In this document: piece by piece, positions 9,938 through 19,447 of the stretch
Numbering within the stretch: position 1 is the first letter of the stretch
How the letters are laid out: each line of letters opens with the position of its first letter
NCBI GenBank assembly: GCA_040220855.1
Contig: JAVJVZ010000076.1
Location: 26,220 to 90,219 of the forward strand
From: Gammaproteobacteria bacterium
GTDB lineage: Bacteria; Pseudomonadota; Gammaproteobacteria; Ga0077536
DNA length: 64,000 nucleotides
Reading direction: 5' to 3'
The notes under the pieces: generated by a model
The model's input: the letters and a program-made list of their open reading frames with translations, nothing else
Told to the model about the DNA's origin: nothing
Databases searched by the model: none
Program-made: the position numbers and the translations under genes

Positions 9938-11029
9938 ATGAAGCTCAGCTATTTCACGATGCCGTTGCATCCGCCCGGGCGCGATTGGCGCGAGACCCTC
10001 GACGAGGACCGCGCGGCTGTCCTGCTCGCCGACCGCCTCGGCTACCACGAAGCCTTCGTCGGCGAGCACGTCACTGATCGCGCAGAGACCGTGACGTCGT
10101 GCCTGATGTTCCTCGCCAGCCTCGCCTACGAGACGGGAGCCATCCGTCTCGGCAGCGGCACCGTCAACCTGCCGAACAGCCACCCCGCGGCGGTTGCCGC
10201 CCAGGTCGCGATGCTCGACCACATGCTTGCCGGGCGCTTCGTGTTCGGCATCAGCCCGGGCGGGCTGCGTTCCGATGCCGAGGTGTTCGGCAACCTCGAT
10301 CGCGATCGCCGCGCGATGTTCGACGAGGCCATCGAGCAGGTGCTCGCGATCTGGAGTGGCGAGCCGCCCTACGAACTCGACGGCGAGTTCTGGACGGTGA
10401 GCACGCGGCGCACGCTCGATCTTGCGATCGGCCAGGGGGCGATTCTCGGCCCCTACCAGCGCCCGCACCCGCCGATCATGGTCGCCTGCATGTCGCCGTT
10501 CTCGGATTCGGTGGCCAACGCGGCGCAGCGCGGCTGGTCGATCGTGTCGGCCAACTTCCTGCAGCCGGTATGGGTGAAGAGCCATCGCGACAAGCTCGCG
10601 GAGGGCTGGGCGGACGGTGGACATACGCCGAATCCGGCCGACTGGCGCGTCGCGCGCAGCATCTTCGTCGCCGACGACGCGCACACCGCGCGCACTTATG
10701 CGATGGAACCCGATGGCGCGTATGGCAATTACTATCGCAGCCTGATGCACAAGCTCATCGGCAACGGGCGACCCGACCTGTTCAAGACCCGCCGTGACAT
10801 GGCCGACGCCGAGGTCACCCACGATTTCGTCATGCGCTCGCTGGTCATTCACGGCACACCGGCGCAGGTCGCCGAGCAGATCGTCGCACTGCGCGAGACC
10901 GTCGGCGAGTTTGGTACGCTGGTTTATGCTGGTCACGACTGGGTCGATGGCGCCCTCGCGCGGCGTTCGATGGAACTGATGGCGACCGAGGTGATGCCGG
11001 CGGTCAACCGCGCGCTCGGCGAGGCCTGA
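9938..11029 (+). CDS. LLM-class flavin-dependent oxidoreductase
   Basis: 363 aa luciferase-like monooxygenase. GGGAGGGAAGGGAAG RBS then ATG. Confidence 0.8.
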   Translation: MKLSYFTMPLHPPGRDWRETLDEDRAAVLLADRLGYHEAFVGEHVTDRAETVTSCLMFLASLAYETGAIRLGSGTVNLPNSHPAAVAAQVAMLDHMLAGRFVFGISPGGLRSDAEVFGNLDRDRRAMFDEAIEQVLAIWSGEPPYELDGEFWTVSTRRTLDLAIGQGAILGPYQRPHPPIMVACMSPFSDSVANAAQRGWSIVSANFLQPVWVKSHRDKLAEGWADGGHTPNPADWRVARSIFVADDAHTARTYAMEPDGAYGNYYRSLMHKLIGNGRPDLFKTRRDMADAEVTHDFVMRSLVIHGTPAQVAEQIVALRETVGEFGTLVYAGHDWVDGALARRSMELMATEVMPAVNRALGEA

Positions 11030-11060
11030 GCCGCGCAACGTACAGCGAGGAGGCTTTCCC

Positions 11061-11849
11061 ATGAGTATCGTCGAGACCCGCACCATCGCGCTGAATATCA
11101 CCGTCGAAGGCCCGGCTGACGCGCCGGCCATCGTCTTCTCCAACTCGCTCGGCGCGAATCTCTCCATGTGGGAGCCGCAGGCCGCGCACTTTCGCGAGCG
11201 TTTCCGCGTGGTTCGCTACGATCAGCGCGGGCACGGCCTGAGCGAGGTGCCGCAAGGTCCTTACAGCTTCACCGGGCTGGTCGAGGACGTGGTCGCGCTG
11301 GCTGATGCGCTGGGGCTCGAGCGCTTCCATTTCGTCGGTCTCTCGATGGGCGGCATGACTGCGCTCGGACTCGCGCTGACCTATCCGCAGCGCTTGTTGT
11401 CGGTGACGCCGGCGAATTGCGTGGCCGGCTTTGGCGCCGACGCACGGCGTAACTGGGAGGAGCGCATCGCGACCGTCACCCAGGGCGGCCTCGAGCCGCT
11501 GCTCGAATCCACCCTCGAGCGTTGGTTCACCGCGCCGACGCGCGCGGCGCGCCCGGCGCAGATGCAGGCAGTGCGCGAGATGGTCGCGGCGACGCCGGTG
11601 CAGGGTTATGTCGGCTGCTGCGGTGCGCTCGAAGGGCTCGACTATGACGGTCGCCTCGAAGCGATCACCACGCCGACGCTGTTCATCGCCGGCAGCGAGG
11701 ACCCGAGCACGACCGCCAGCGCGATGCGTGCGATGCACGCGCGCGTTGCCGGATCACGCTACGTCGAACTGCCCGCCGCGCACGTCTCCAACCTCGAGTG
11801 TCCGGACGCCTTCAACGACGCCCTCGACGACTTCTTCGCCACCCTGTGA
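11061..11849 (+). CDS. 3-oxoadipate enol-lactonase-like alpha/beta hydrolase
   Basis: 262 aa, GLSMGG nucleophile motif, PcaD-like length and layout. GAGGAGG RBS. Confidence 0.75.
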   Translation: MSIVETRTIALNITVEGPADAPAIVFSNSLGANLSMWEPQAAHFRERFRVVRYDQRGHGLSEVPQGPYSFTGLVEDVVALADALGLERFHFVGLSMGGMTALGLALTYPQRLLSVTPANCVAGFGADARRNWEERIATVTQGGLEPLLESTLERWFTAPTRAARPAQMQAVREMVAATPVQGYVGCCGALEGLDYDGRLEAITTPTLFIAGSEDPSTTASAMRAMHARVAGSRYVELPAAHVSNLECPDAFNDALDDFFATL

Positions 11850-11868
11850 GCGGCGCGGGTAGCGTGCC

Positions 11869-12822
11869 GTGAGCGCCGCCGCCGCGCACCCGCTGGTCCT
11901 GCATCACTACGATTTCTCCAACTACTCGGAGAAGGTGCGCCTGGTGCTCGGCCTGAAGGGGCTCGCGTGGCGCTCGGTGACGATCCCGGCATGGGCGCCG
12001 AAGCCATCCTATACGCCGCTGACGGCCGGATATCGGCGTACCCCGGCATTGCAGATCGGTGCCGATGTCTATTGCGACACGCAGCTCATCGTCGAGATGC
12101 TCGAGACGTTGGCGCCGGCGCCGACGCTGTGGCCGGGAGCGGACGTCGCGCAGGCGCGTGCGCTCAACGCCGCGCTCGTGTACTGGGCCGAGACGAGCCT
12201 GTGCCGGCCGCTTGCGCTGTACATCACCGGGCGCCACGCGGCGCGCTTCCCGCCCGCGTTCCATGCCGACCGCGCGCGCCTGCACGGCCGCCCCGAGCCG
12301 GGCTTGGCCCAGGTCGAAGCCTCTGCAGCCAAGTACGCGGCGCAGGTCGGCCCGCAGCTCGCGCAACTCGAAGCGCTGCTCGGCGACGGCCGCCCGTGGG
12401 TGTTCGGCGAAGCGCCCGCGCTGGCCGACTTCGCGCTCTACGAGGCGCCGTGGTTCCTGCGCACCATCGGCGGTGACGCGGCGTTGCCCGAGGGTCTGCC
12501 GCGCCTGCGCGCGTGGATGACACGTGTCGCCGCCTGCGGTCACGGTGACGTCTCCGCGTTCGATGCGGACGCGGCGCTCGCGCTGGCGCGTGCCGCGTCA
12601 CCACTGGCGTGCGCGCCGAGTACCGACTACGCCGCGCCCGAGGGCGTGCGCGCCGGCGACGTCGTGGTCGTACGCCCGCTCGACGAGGAGGCCCCGGCAC
12701 GGGGGCGCCTCGTCGCCATCGACGAGGCGCGCATCGTGATCGCCGCGAGCAGTGCTGCCGCCGGCGAAGTCCACGTGCACTTCCCGCGGCTAGGCTACCG
12801 CGTCGGCCACGTGCGCGCCTGA
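11869..12822 (+). CDS. glutathione S-transferase family protein
   Basis: N-terminal thioredoxin-like GST_N (LVLHHYDFSNYSEKVRL...) plus a C-terminal helical domain. GTG start. Last gene of the Qor/LLM/hydrolase operon. Confidence 0.6.
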   Translation: MSAAAAHPLVLHHYDFSNYSEKVRLVLGLKGLAWRSVTIPAWAPKPSYTPLTAGYRRTPALQIGADVYCDTQLIVEMLETLAPAPTLWPGADVAQARALNAALVYWAETSLCRPLALYITGRHAARFPPAFHADRARLHGRPEPGLAQVEASAAKYAAQVGPQLAQLEALLGDGRPWVFGEAPALADFALYEAPWFLRTIGGDAALPEGLPRLRAWMTRVAACGHGDVSAFDADAALALARAASPLACAPSTDYAAPEGVRAGDVVVVRPLDEEAPARGRLVAIDEARIVIAASSAAAGEVHVHFPRLGYRVGHVRA

Positions 12823-12834
12823 GCGCTGTCGCAC

Positions 12835-13470
12835 TCAACGCTTATCGAGGATTACGCGGTAGAACTTGGTGAAGACCATTTCCTCGGTAGCGTTGGCGGC
12901 GTGACAGGCGGCGCAAGCCTCTGCCGGTGCGGGGGCGGCCGTCTCGGCATAGGGCGGCGCATGGTGACCGAAGTTGAAGAAGCCCCAGCCGTTGGTTTCC
13001 GCAAAGCGCCGACTGTCCTTGACAGCGACGTCGATGCCGTTCGGATCGCCCGGGAAATAGCCTCGCCCGGAGGCTTCGACGGTAGAGCCGTCGCTGGCGT
13101 TACCGGGGCGCACCAGCTGCAGTTCCTTGAGCAACACGGTGCCCTCGGCGAACGAGCCGGTGTTGCGATACGCCTCGAGGGCGTGACGCTGGATGTACAC
13201 GTTGTGGAACTCCGGAAACCCGGCCGCGCCGCCGTTCAATGCATTCGGTGTGAGCGGGGCACCGAGAAAAACCCATTCGCGGTAGTTGCGCGGCAGCTCG
13301 AGGTGGCCTTCTGCTGTCCAACGTGGTGCGTCGTCGGGCTCTGCCGCGAAGACGGCTTGCGCTGGAGTGCAAAGTAGCGAGACGGCCAGGGTGGTCGCGC
13401 GGGCAACCGCCTGCGCGATGGCTGGGGCAGTCGCACGGACCGGTGGCAAATCGAGGGGAAGGCGAGGCAT
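12835..13470 (-). CDS. cytochrome P460 family protein (periplasmic, c-type heme)
   Basis: 211 aa with signal peptide. Single C-terminal CAACH heme-binding motif in the P460 position. AAGGAGA RBS. Confidence 0.7.
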   Translation of the reverse strand: MPRLPLDLPPVRATAPAIAQAVARATTLAVSLLCTPAQAVFAAEPDDAPRWTAEGHLELPRNYREWVFLGAPLTPNALNGGAAGFPEFHNVYIQRHALEAYRNTGSFAEGTVLLKELQLVRPGNASDGSTVEASGRGYFPGDPNGIDVAVKDSRRFAETNGWGFFNFGHHAPPYAETAAPAPAEACAACHAANATEEMVFTKFYRVILDKR

Positions 13471-13590
13471 GTCTGTTCTCCTTCTGGATGGAATAGTCGC
13501 CGCGGGTGATGCAAGGACAACAGCAGATTCGCACTTCTTGATAGACTTTATGCAACGATAAGTCGCATATATGGTGCAGAAGGTATCAGG

Positions 13591-14409
13591 ATGGACGATC
13601 GACTCGTGGCCTTGCTGCGTCGCTTCGAGCTGACCGCAGAGGTCTTGCAATGCGGCCCTCTGCGGCGCCCTGCGCGTCACAACGCCGTGGCGGTGTACGT
13701 GCATCTCGTGCGCACCGGGCGCGTCGCACTGCGTGGGCCGGGGCGCTATCGACGCCGTGTCGACGGTCCTTGCGTGGTGCTGCTGCCGCGCGGCGGACCA
13801 CACATGCTCGAAGCCACCGATGCCGCGCCCGCGATCGTCAGTATTGCGCTGGACTTCGGCTTGCGCGTGCGCAACCCACTGACAGTGGCTGTGCCTGCGT
13901 TGGTCGTCGTCCCCCTTGCGCTCGACGACAGTCTCGGCGTGGCCACCGAGCTGCTCTACCGTGAGGGTATTGAGCAGCACTGCGGACGCCAGGCCGTGAT
14001 TGATCGCCTCGGCGAGGTTGTCCTAGTGTTGCTGCTACGCCACCTGATGGATACCGGGCAGGTACGCACCGGGGTCCTTGCCGGGCTCGCCGATGCGCGC
14101 TTGATGAAGGCACTCAACGCGATGCACGAGGACCCGGCCGAGGATTGGTCGCTGGCGCGCCTGGCCGCCGTTGCCGGCATGTCGCGAGCACGCTTCGCCA
14201 GTCATTTTCGCGCGACCGTAGGACAGACTCCGGGCGCCTATCTCACCGATTGGCGTTTGAGCCTGGCGCAATCGCTGCTGCGTGCGGGGCAGCCGGTGAA
14301 CGTTGTGGCGGATGCGGTAGGGTACGAGGCGGCTTCGGCCTTCGCGCGTGTGTTCAGCCAGCGGATCGGCCTCGCGCCGACCGCGTGGCTACGCCAACAG
14401 CGCGCCTGA
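13591..14409 (+). CDS. AraC family transcriptional regulator
   Basis: C-terminal AraC-type double HTH (ARLAAVAGMSRARFASHFRATVGQTPGAYLTDWRL...). Divergent from the P460 gene. Confidence 0.8.
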   Translation: MDDRLVALLRRFELTAEVLQCGPLRRPARHNAVAVYVHLVRTGRVALRGPGRYRRRVDGPCVVLLPRGGPHMLEATDAAPAIVSIALDFGLRVRNPLTVAVPALVVVPLALDDSLGVATELLYREGIEQHCGRQAVIDRLGEVVLVLLLRHLMDTGQVRTGVLAGLADARLMKALNAMHEDPAEDWSLARLAAVAGMSRARFASHFRATVGQTPGAYLTDWRLSLAQSLLRAGQPVNVVADAVGYEAASAFARVFSQRIGLAPTAWLRQQRA

Positions 14410-14452
14410 GCGTCGTACCGCCACCACGTCGGTGGCGAGAGATAATGCAGTG

Positions 14453-16474
14453 ATGATGCGGGAGTTCGCCCCCACCGCCCTGCTTGCCGGCATTGCTGCA
14501 GTTGCGTTTGCGGCGGCCGCCGACATGCCCGGCGACGCCGCCGTGACGAGCAGTCGTATCGTTCGCGCGGGTTTCGTGTTCGAGGACGTCGCGCTGAGGT
14601 TCGACTGGACCGACATCACGCGCCCCGCGCTCGAACTGCGTGCTGCCCGTGTCGTGCTGCCCGGGCCGCTCGGCGAGCTGAACGCGCTCGAATTGCATTG
14701 CCCCGCACTCGTAATCAGCGCGCCGCGTCTACGCTGTGCTGCGGGCACGCTCGAAGCGCGCCACGCGGACGTTGGTGCAGTGAACGCGTCGATCACGTTC
14801 GAGTACACCCCCGATGGTGCGCTGCGCCTGACGGCATCGACCTCGGCTGTGGTCGGCGGCACCCTCGACGCCGAACTGCGCAGCGATGGCGACGGCATTC
14901 ATCTCGCCGTCCGTGGACGTGAGCTCGCGCTCGGCGGTGCGGTCGACGCGACACTGGCCAGTCTCGACGTCGACCTGCGCCAGCCGGCCGCGCCACATGC
15001 CGCGTGGCAGGCCGACGCGCGTTTCGCCGGCCTCGGCTTCAGCAATCCCAGTGGAACACTCGCCGGCGAGGCGCTCGATGGCAGGCTGACACTGACCGCG
15101 CGGGCGGCGCCGGATGGACACAGCTGGGCAGGCCGCGCGCGCATCGTGCTGACGCAGGGCGGTGCCTACGCCGAACCGGTCTACCTCGACCTCGCGCGCT
15201 TCCCGGTGACGGTGGTGAGCGACTATCGCTTCGCCGACCCACGGTTCGAACTCACGCAGCTCGATTTCGAGCAGCCGGGCGTGCTCGAGATCGCGGGCCA
15301 CGCGCTCGACTTCGTCGACGGTGCCCTGGTCACGGCCGATGTCGCGGTGGAGTCGATGCGTTTCCCCGCCGCCTACGATGCCTGGCTCGCCGGCTACCTC
15401 GTAGGCACGCCGTTCGCGCGACTGGACATTGCCGGCAGCCTGAGCGGGCGCGTGCGCATGGAGGCGGGTGCTCTGAGTGCGATCGACGTCGCGCTCGATG
15501 CGCTGGATCTCGAGGACCGTGACGGCCGTCTCGCACTGTACGGCCTCGACGGTGAAGTCCACTGGGCAGCAGACGGCACCGATCTCGCGGCCAGTGTGCT
15601 CGGGCTCGAGGGCGGCTTCTTCTATGGCGCCGGTTTCGATGCTACCGAGTTCGTGCTCGGCATCGCCGGTGCGGCCATCGACCTGCTCGAGCCGGCGCGC
15701 ATCCCGCTGCTCGGCGGCGCGCTGACCATCGAGCAGTTCTCGCTGCGCGACTACGGCAGCGACGAGCTCGCGCTCGGGCTCGAGGCGGCGCTCGAGCCGA
15801 TCGATCTCGGGCAGCTGACACTGGCGCTCGACTGGCCGGCCTTCGCCGGCACGCTGTCCGGCCGCCTGCCGTTGCTGAGCTACCGTGATGGCGTGGTCAC
15901 GCTCGGTGGTGATCTCGAGGCGCGCGCCTTCGACGGCGACATCACCATCGGTGGCCTGCGTATCGCACGTCCGCTCGGCCTGGTGCCGGAGATCGAGGCC
16001 GACATCCGCATGCGTAACCTCGATCTCGCGCAGATCACCGAGGTCGTCCCGTTTGGCCGCATCACCGGCCGGCTGGACGCCGACATCGACAACCTCCGCA
16101 TGCTCAAGGGCGAGCCGGTACGCTTCGACGCGCGCTTCCGCACGCCCGCCGACGACGATTCGCGCCACCTGCTCAGCCAACGCGCGGTCGATACCATCTC
16201 GCGCGTCGCCGGCGGTGGGGGCGCGGTGTTGTCGACGACCTTCCTGCGCGTGTTCGAGAACTTCGCCTACGAGCGGCTGGGCATATCCTGCCGGCTCGAG
16301 AACGACGTCTGCCACATGGATGGCATCGAGCCGGCCGACGACGGTTACTACATCGTCAAGGGGGCCTGGCTGCCGCGCGTGGACCTGATTGGCCGCGTCC
16401 ACCGCGTCCACTGGTCGCGCCTGATGGCGCAGCTCGAGCAGGCACTCGCCGAGGGCGAATTCAGGATCGAGTGA
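14453..16474 (+). CDS. YdbH / AsmA-like large envelope protein (N-terminal anchor, repetitive beta-rich region)
   Basis: 673 aa with an N-terminal hydrophobic segment and a long low-complexity body. The C-terminal region (…VDLIGRVHRVHWSRLMAQLEQ) resembles the YdbH family. Family call is from memory. Confidence 0.5.
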   Translation: MMREFAPTALLAGIAAVAFAAAADMPGDAAVTSSRIVRAGFVFEDVALRFDWTDITRPALELRAARVVLPGPLGELNALELHCPALVISAPRLRCAAGTLEARHADVGAVNASITFEYTPDGALRLTASTSAVVGGTLDAELRSDGDGIHLAVRGRELALGGAVDATLASLDVDLRQPAAPHAAWQADARFAGLGFSNPSGTLAGEALDGRLTLTARAAPDGHSWAGRARIVLTQGGAYAEPVYLDLARFPVTVVSDYRFADPRFELTQLDFEQPGVLEIAGHALDFVDGALVTADVAVESMRFPAAYDAWLAGYLVGTPFARLDIAGSLSGRVRMEAGALSAIDVALDALDLEDRDGRLALYGLDGEVHWAADGTDLAASVLGLEGGFFYGAGFDATEFVLGIAGAAIDLLEPARIPLLGGALTIEQFSLRDYGSDELALGLEAALEPIDLGQLTLALDWPAFAGTLSGRLPLLSYRDGVVTLGGDLEARAFDGDITIGGLRIARPLGLVPEIEADIRMRNLDLAQITEVVPFGRITGRLDADIDNLRMLKGEPVRFDARFRTPADDDSRHLLSQRAVDTISRVAGGGGAVLSTTFLRVFENFAYERLGISCRLENDVCHMDGIEPADDGYYIVKGAWLPRVDLIGRVHRVHWSRLMAQLEQALAEGEFRIE

Positions 16475-16526
16475 CGACTGCCGACACCGGCGCCGGCGCG
16501 CGCACCGTGTGCGGCCACGTCCTCGC

Positions 16527-17765
16527 TCAGCGCTGCGCGAGGCGGCGCGTGTGCATGGCGAGCACCCCTGTCAGGACGAGCGCGAGCAGGTTGAGCACGC
16601 TCGAGCCGACGAAGGCGAGGTGGTAGCCGCCGCTGGCGTCGTAGAGCCAGCCGGCAGCATACGGACCGAAGGCGGCGGGTGCGCCGGCGACAGCGAAGAT
16701 CACGCCGACGATACTGGCCATGTGGGTGCGACCGAAGAGGTCGCCGCACAGCGGCGGCAGCAGGGTCACCCCACCGCCGTAGGAGAACCCGAAGGCCAGC
16801 GCGGCGAGCCACAGCGGCGCCAGCGCAGTGACCTCGCCGAACGCGGCGAAGGCGGCGGCCTGCAGGGCAAACACGAAGACGAGCGCGGGGTAGCGTCCGA
16901 TGCGATCGGAGACGATGCCGGCGGAAAGGCGCCCGGCGACGCCGCCGAGCCCGATGGCGGCGAGCAGCGAGGCGGCGCTGGCAGCGTCGTGGCCGAGGTC
17001 GTGCGCATGCGCCGGCAGGTGCACGAATGGCATGAACACGACCAGCCAGGAGCAGAAGTAGATCGCGATCACGAGCACGAAGCGCGCGCTGCGGCGGATG
17101 TCGGCAAGCGCGGCATCCACCCGCGGGGCGAGCGTGGTGTCGAGCGGCGCGGCGTCGCCGTCGGGTGCGAGACCGAGTGTTTCCGGGTCGCGCACCATGA
17201 AGCGCGCGGCGATGAGCATGGCGAGCGCGCTCGTCACCGCGATCACGGCAAGGGCGATGCGCCAGCCGCAGGCGACCATCAGCAGGCCGGCGAGCGGCGG
17301 CACGACGAAGTTGCCGAGGCTGGCGCCGCTCGAGGCAATCGCGACGGCCGTTCCGCGCCGCCGCGTGAACCAGCGGGCTACGGTCGCGTTGCACGGCACC
17401 CAGGCCACGCTCATGCCGAGCGCGGCGACCACCCCGAGACTGAGCGCGAGCTGCCAGGGCGCACTCACCAGCGCGCTCGAACCCCAACCGAGCCCGAGCA
17501 GCACGGCACCCATCGTGATTACCTGGCGCGGACCGAAGCGATCGGTGGCGCGCCCGGTGGCGGCGCTCAGCGCACTGTAGGCGAACACGTAGAGCGAATA
17601 GGGCAACGCAGTCTCGGCGCGACCCCAGCCGAGTTCCACCGCCATGCCGGTGACGAAAACGCCGTAGCTGAATTGCAGGCCATAGGCGAGGAACAGCACG
17701 GCGAACGCGGCGGCGACCACGATCCAACCGTAGAAGGGCCGGTGGGCGGGCATCGCGACACTCAT
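16527..17765 (-). CDS. MFS transporter
   Basis: 412 aa with about 12 predicted TM helices and an MFS-like loop (TGRATDRFGPRQV). Confidence 0.85.
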   Translation of the reverse strand: MSVAMPAHRPFYGWIVVAAAFAVLFLAYGLQFSYGVFVTGMAVELGWGRAETALPYSLYVFAYSALSAATGRATDRFGPRQVITMGAVLLGLGWGSSALVSAPWQLALSLGVVAALGMSVAWVPCNATVARWFTRRRGTAVAIASSGASLGNFVVPPLAGLLMVACGWRIALAVIAVTSALAMLIAARFMVRDPETLGLAPDGDAAPLDTTLAPRVDAALADIRRSARFVLVIAIYFCSWLVVFMPFVHLPAHAHDLGHDAASAASLLAAIGLGGVAGRLSAGIVSDRIGRYPALVFVFALQAAAFAAFGEVTALAPLWLAALAFGFSYGGGVTLLPPLCGDLFGRTHMASIVGVIFAVAGAPAAFGPYAAGWLYDASGGYHLAFVGSSVLNLLALVLTGVLAMHTRRLAQR

Positions 17766-18051
17766 CGGCGCGGTGTGCCGGGGCTCACCGGGTAGGCGCA
17801 GGGAACGGACATCGACGGCAAGGGTCCATCCAGGGCGAGGGCGCCGCCGTGCACGTGGGCACGGCCGGAGCGGTTACTATTGAGCACGGCCGCCACGCCG
17901 GGGCCGCCGCGCGCGGCCGCGGTGAGGGGTGTTCGCATCGCTGCAGTCTAACCCGGGCGCGCAGCGTGGAACCCGACGGTGGCGGCACGGCCATGCATCC
18001 CGAGGTTACAGCACGGGCGCGAAGCTCGTGTGGCACGAGGACCGAAGCCAG

Positions 18052-18669
18052 ATGACCCTGAACCGTATCCTGTTCGCCGTCGCTGCCAGCGTGCTCGTCG
18101 GCTGCGTCACCATCAACATCTACTTCCCCGAAGCGGCCGCGCAACAGGCCGCCGATCGCATCATCGACGAAGTGCGCGGCCTCAACGGCGATGCCGCGCC
18201 GGCGCCCACCACGCCCAACGGCGAGCCGACCTCCGGGCGCGATTCGGCACTCACGCGGTCGCTCGTCGCGGTCGGTACCCGCGTGCTCGACTGGCTGGTG
18301 CCGGCGGCTGCGGCCGCACCCAATTTCGATGCCAGCTCGCCCGCCTCGCGCGCGCTGGAGCAATCGCTCAAGGCACGCTTTCCGCGCATCAAGCCCTACC
18401 TCGACTCCGGCGCGGTCGGGCTGACCAACGCCGGCCTGCTCGAGATCCGCGATCGCAACGCCATTCCTCTCGCCGAGCGCAACGCCGTCCGTCAACTCGT
18501 GACCGAGCAGAACACCGACTGGGAAGCGCTGTACAAGGAGATCGCGCGCATCAACGGTCACCCCGAGTGGGTCGACCAGATCCGCAAGGTATTCGCCGAG
18601 CGCTGGGTGGCGAAGGCGAGCCGTGGCTGGTTCTACCGTGCGCCGGGCGGCGGCTGGCAGCAGAAGTAG
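18052..18669 (+). CDS. YdbL-like (DUF1318) lipoprotein
   Basis: Lipobox LVGC after a signal peptide; ~205 aa matching DUF1318/YdbL. GAGGA RBS. Confidence 0.6.
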   Translation: MTLNRILFAVAASVLVGCVTINIYFPEAAAQQAADRIIDEVRGLNGDAAPAPTTPNGEPTSGRDSALTRSLVAVGTRVLDWLVPAAAAAPNFDASSPASRALEQSLKARFPRIKPYLDSGAVGLTNAGLLEIRDRNAIPLAERNAVRQLVTEQNTDWEALYKEIARINGHPEWVDQIRKVFAERWVAKASRGWFYRAPGGGWQQK

Positions 18670-18760
18670 CCGGCTGGCGCGGCGCCGACGCACCGTGACG
18701 CGCATTCGCGCCGGCTGAGTACCCATCGACGAGAGTGTCGAGATCGCGCTGACGCTCGCC

Positions 18761-19447
18761 GTGCTGGGCGCGGCGAGCACCGTCCACGCCAGTGTCGGCT
18801 TCGGCACTGCGCTCGTCGCGATGCCGTTGCTGGTGCCGTTGCTCGGCTTCGCCGTGGCGACACCGCTGGTCGGCCTGGCGGCCCTGTTCAGCGTGCTGAT
18901 GGTGCTGGGGCGCGAATGGCGCGCGCTCGCGCCGCGCGCAGCGGCACGCCTGCTCGTCGCCACGTTGCCCGGCATTCCGCTCGGCGCCGCGCTGGTCATG
19001 CTCGCGCCATCGAGCTGGTTGCGCGCCGGGCTCGGCGTGCTGCTCGTCGCCTACGGTGGGTGGAGCCTCGCGCGGCCGCGCCTGCCGCGCCTCGCCGAAG
19101 GTCGCAGCGTCTACGTATTCGGCTTCCTCGCCGGGCTGCTCGGCGGCGCGTACAACACCAATGCACCACCGCTGGTGCTGTACGGTGCGCTGGTGCGCTG
19201 GCCACCGGCACGCTTTCGCGCGACCTTGTCCGGCTATTTCCTCTTCGCCGCGGCTGCCATCTGCCTCGGCCATGCGCTGTCCGGCTTGTGGACGGCGCGC
19301 GTATTGACCCTGCTCGCGTACGCGGCCCCCGTGATCGTTGCCGGCAACCTGTCAGGCGCGTGGCTCGCGCGGCGCATCCCGCAGGCGCGCTTCACCGTCG
19401 TGCTGTACGCGTTGCTGGTCCTGCTCGGTGCATTGATGCTGGCGTGA
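18761..19447 (+). CDS. TauE/SafE (DUF81) family sulfite/anion exporter membrane protein; N-terminus uncertain
   Basis: Polytopic membrane protein with an internal repeat of the TauE type. The only canonical start (GTG 18761) cuts into what looks like the first TM helix; see findings. Confidence 0.65.
   Translation: MLGAASTVHASVGFGTALVAMPLLVPLLGFAVATPLVGLAALFSVLMVLGREWRALAPRAAARLLVATLPGIPLGAALVMLAPSSWLRAGLGVLLVAYGGWSLARPRLPRLAEGRSVYVFGFLAGLLGGAYNTNAPPLVLYGALVRWPPARFRATLSGYFLFAAAAICLGHALSGLWTARVLTLLAYAAPVIVAGNLSGAWLARRIPQARFTVVLYALLVLLGALMLA

Noticed and set aside
9014-11167. 717-aa ORF on the minus strand
   Set aside because: It lies antisense to two well-supported plus-strand genes (Qor, LLM). 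It has no recognisable domains and is low-complexity, Arg/Ala/Gly-rich, which is typical of stop-codon-poor antisense frames at 70% GC.
14729-16411. 560-aa minus-strand ORF antisense to the ydbH-like gene
   Set aside because: No domains. It mirrors the coding strand of a gene whose codon bias and start context are better supported.
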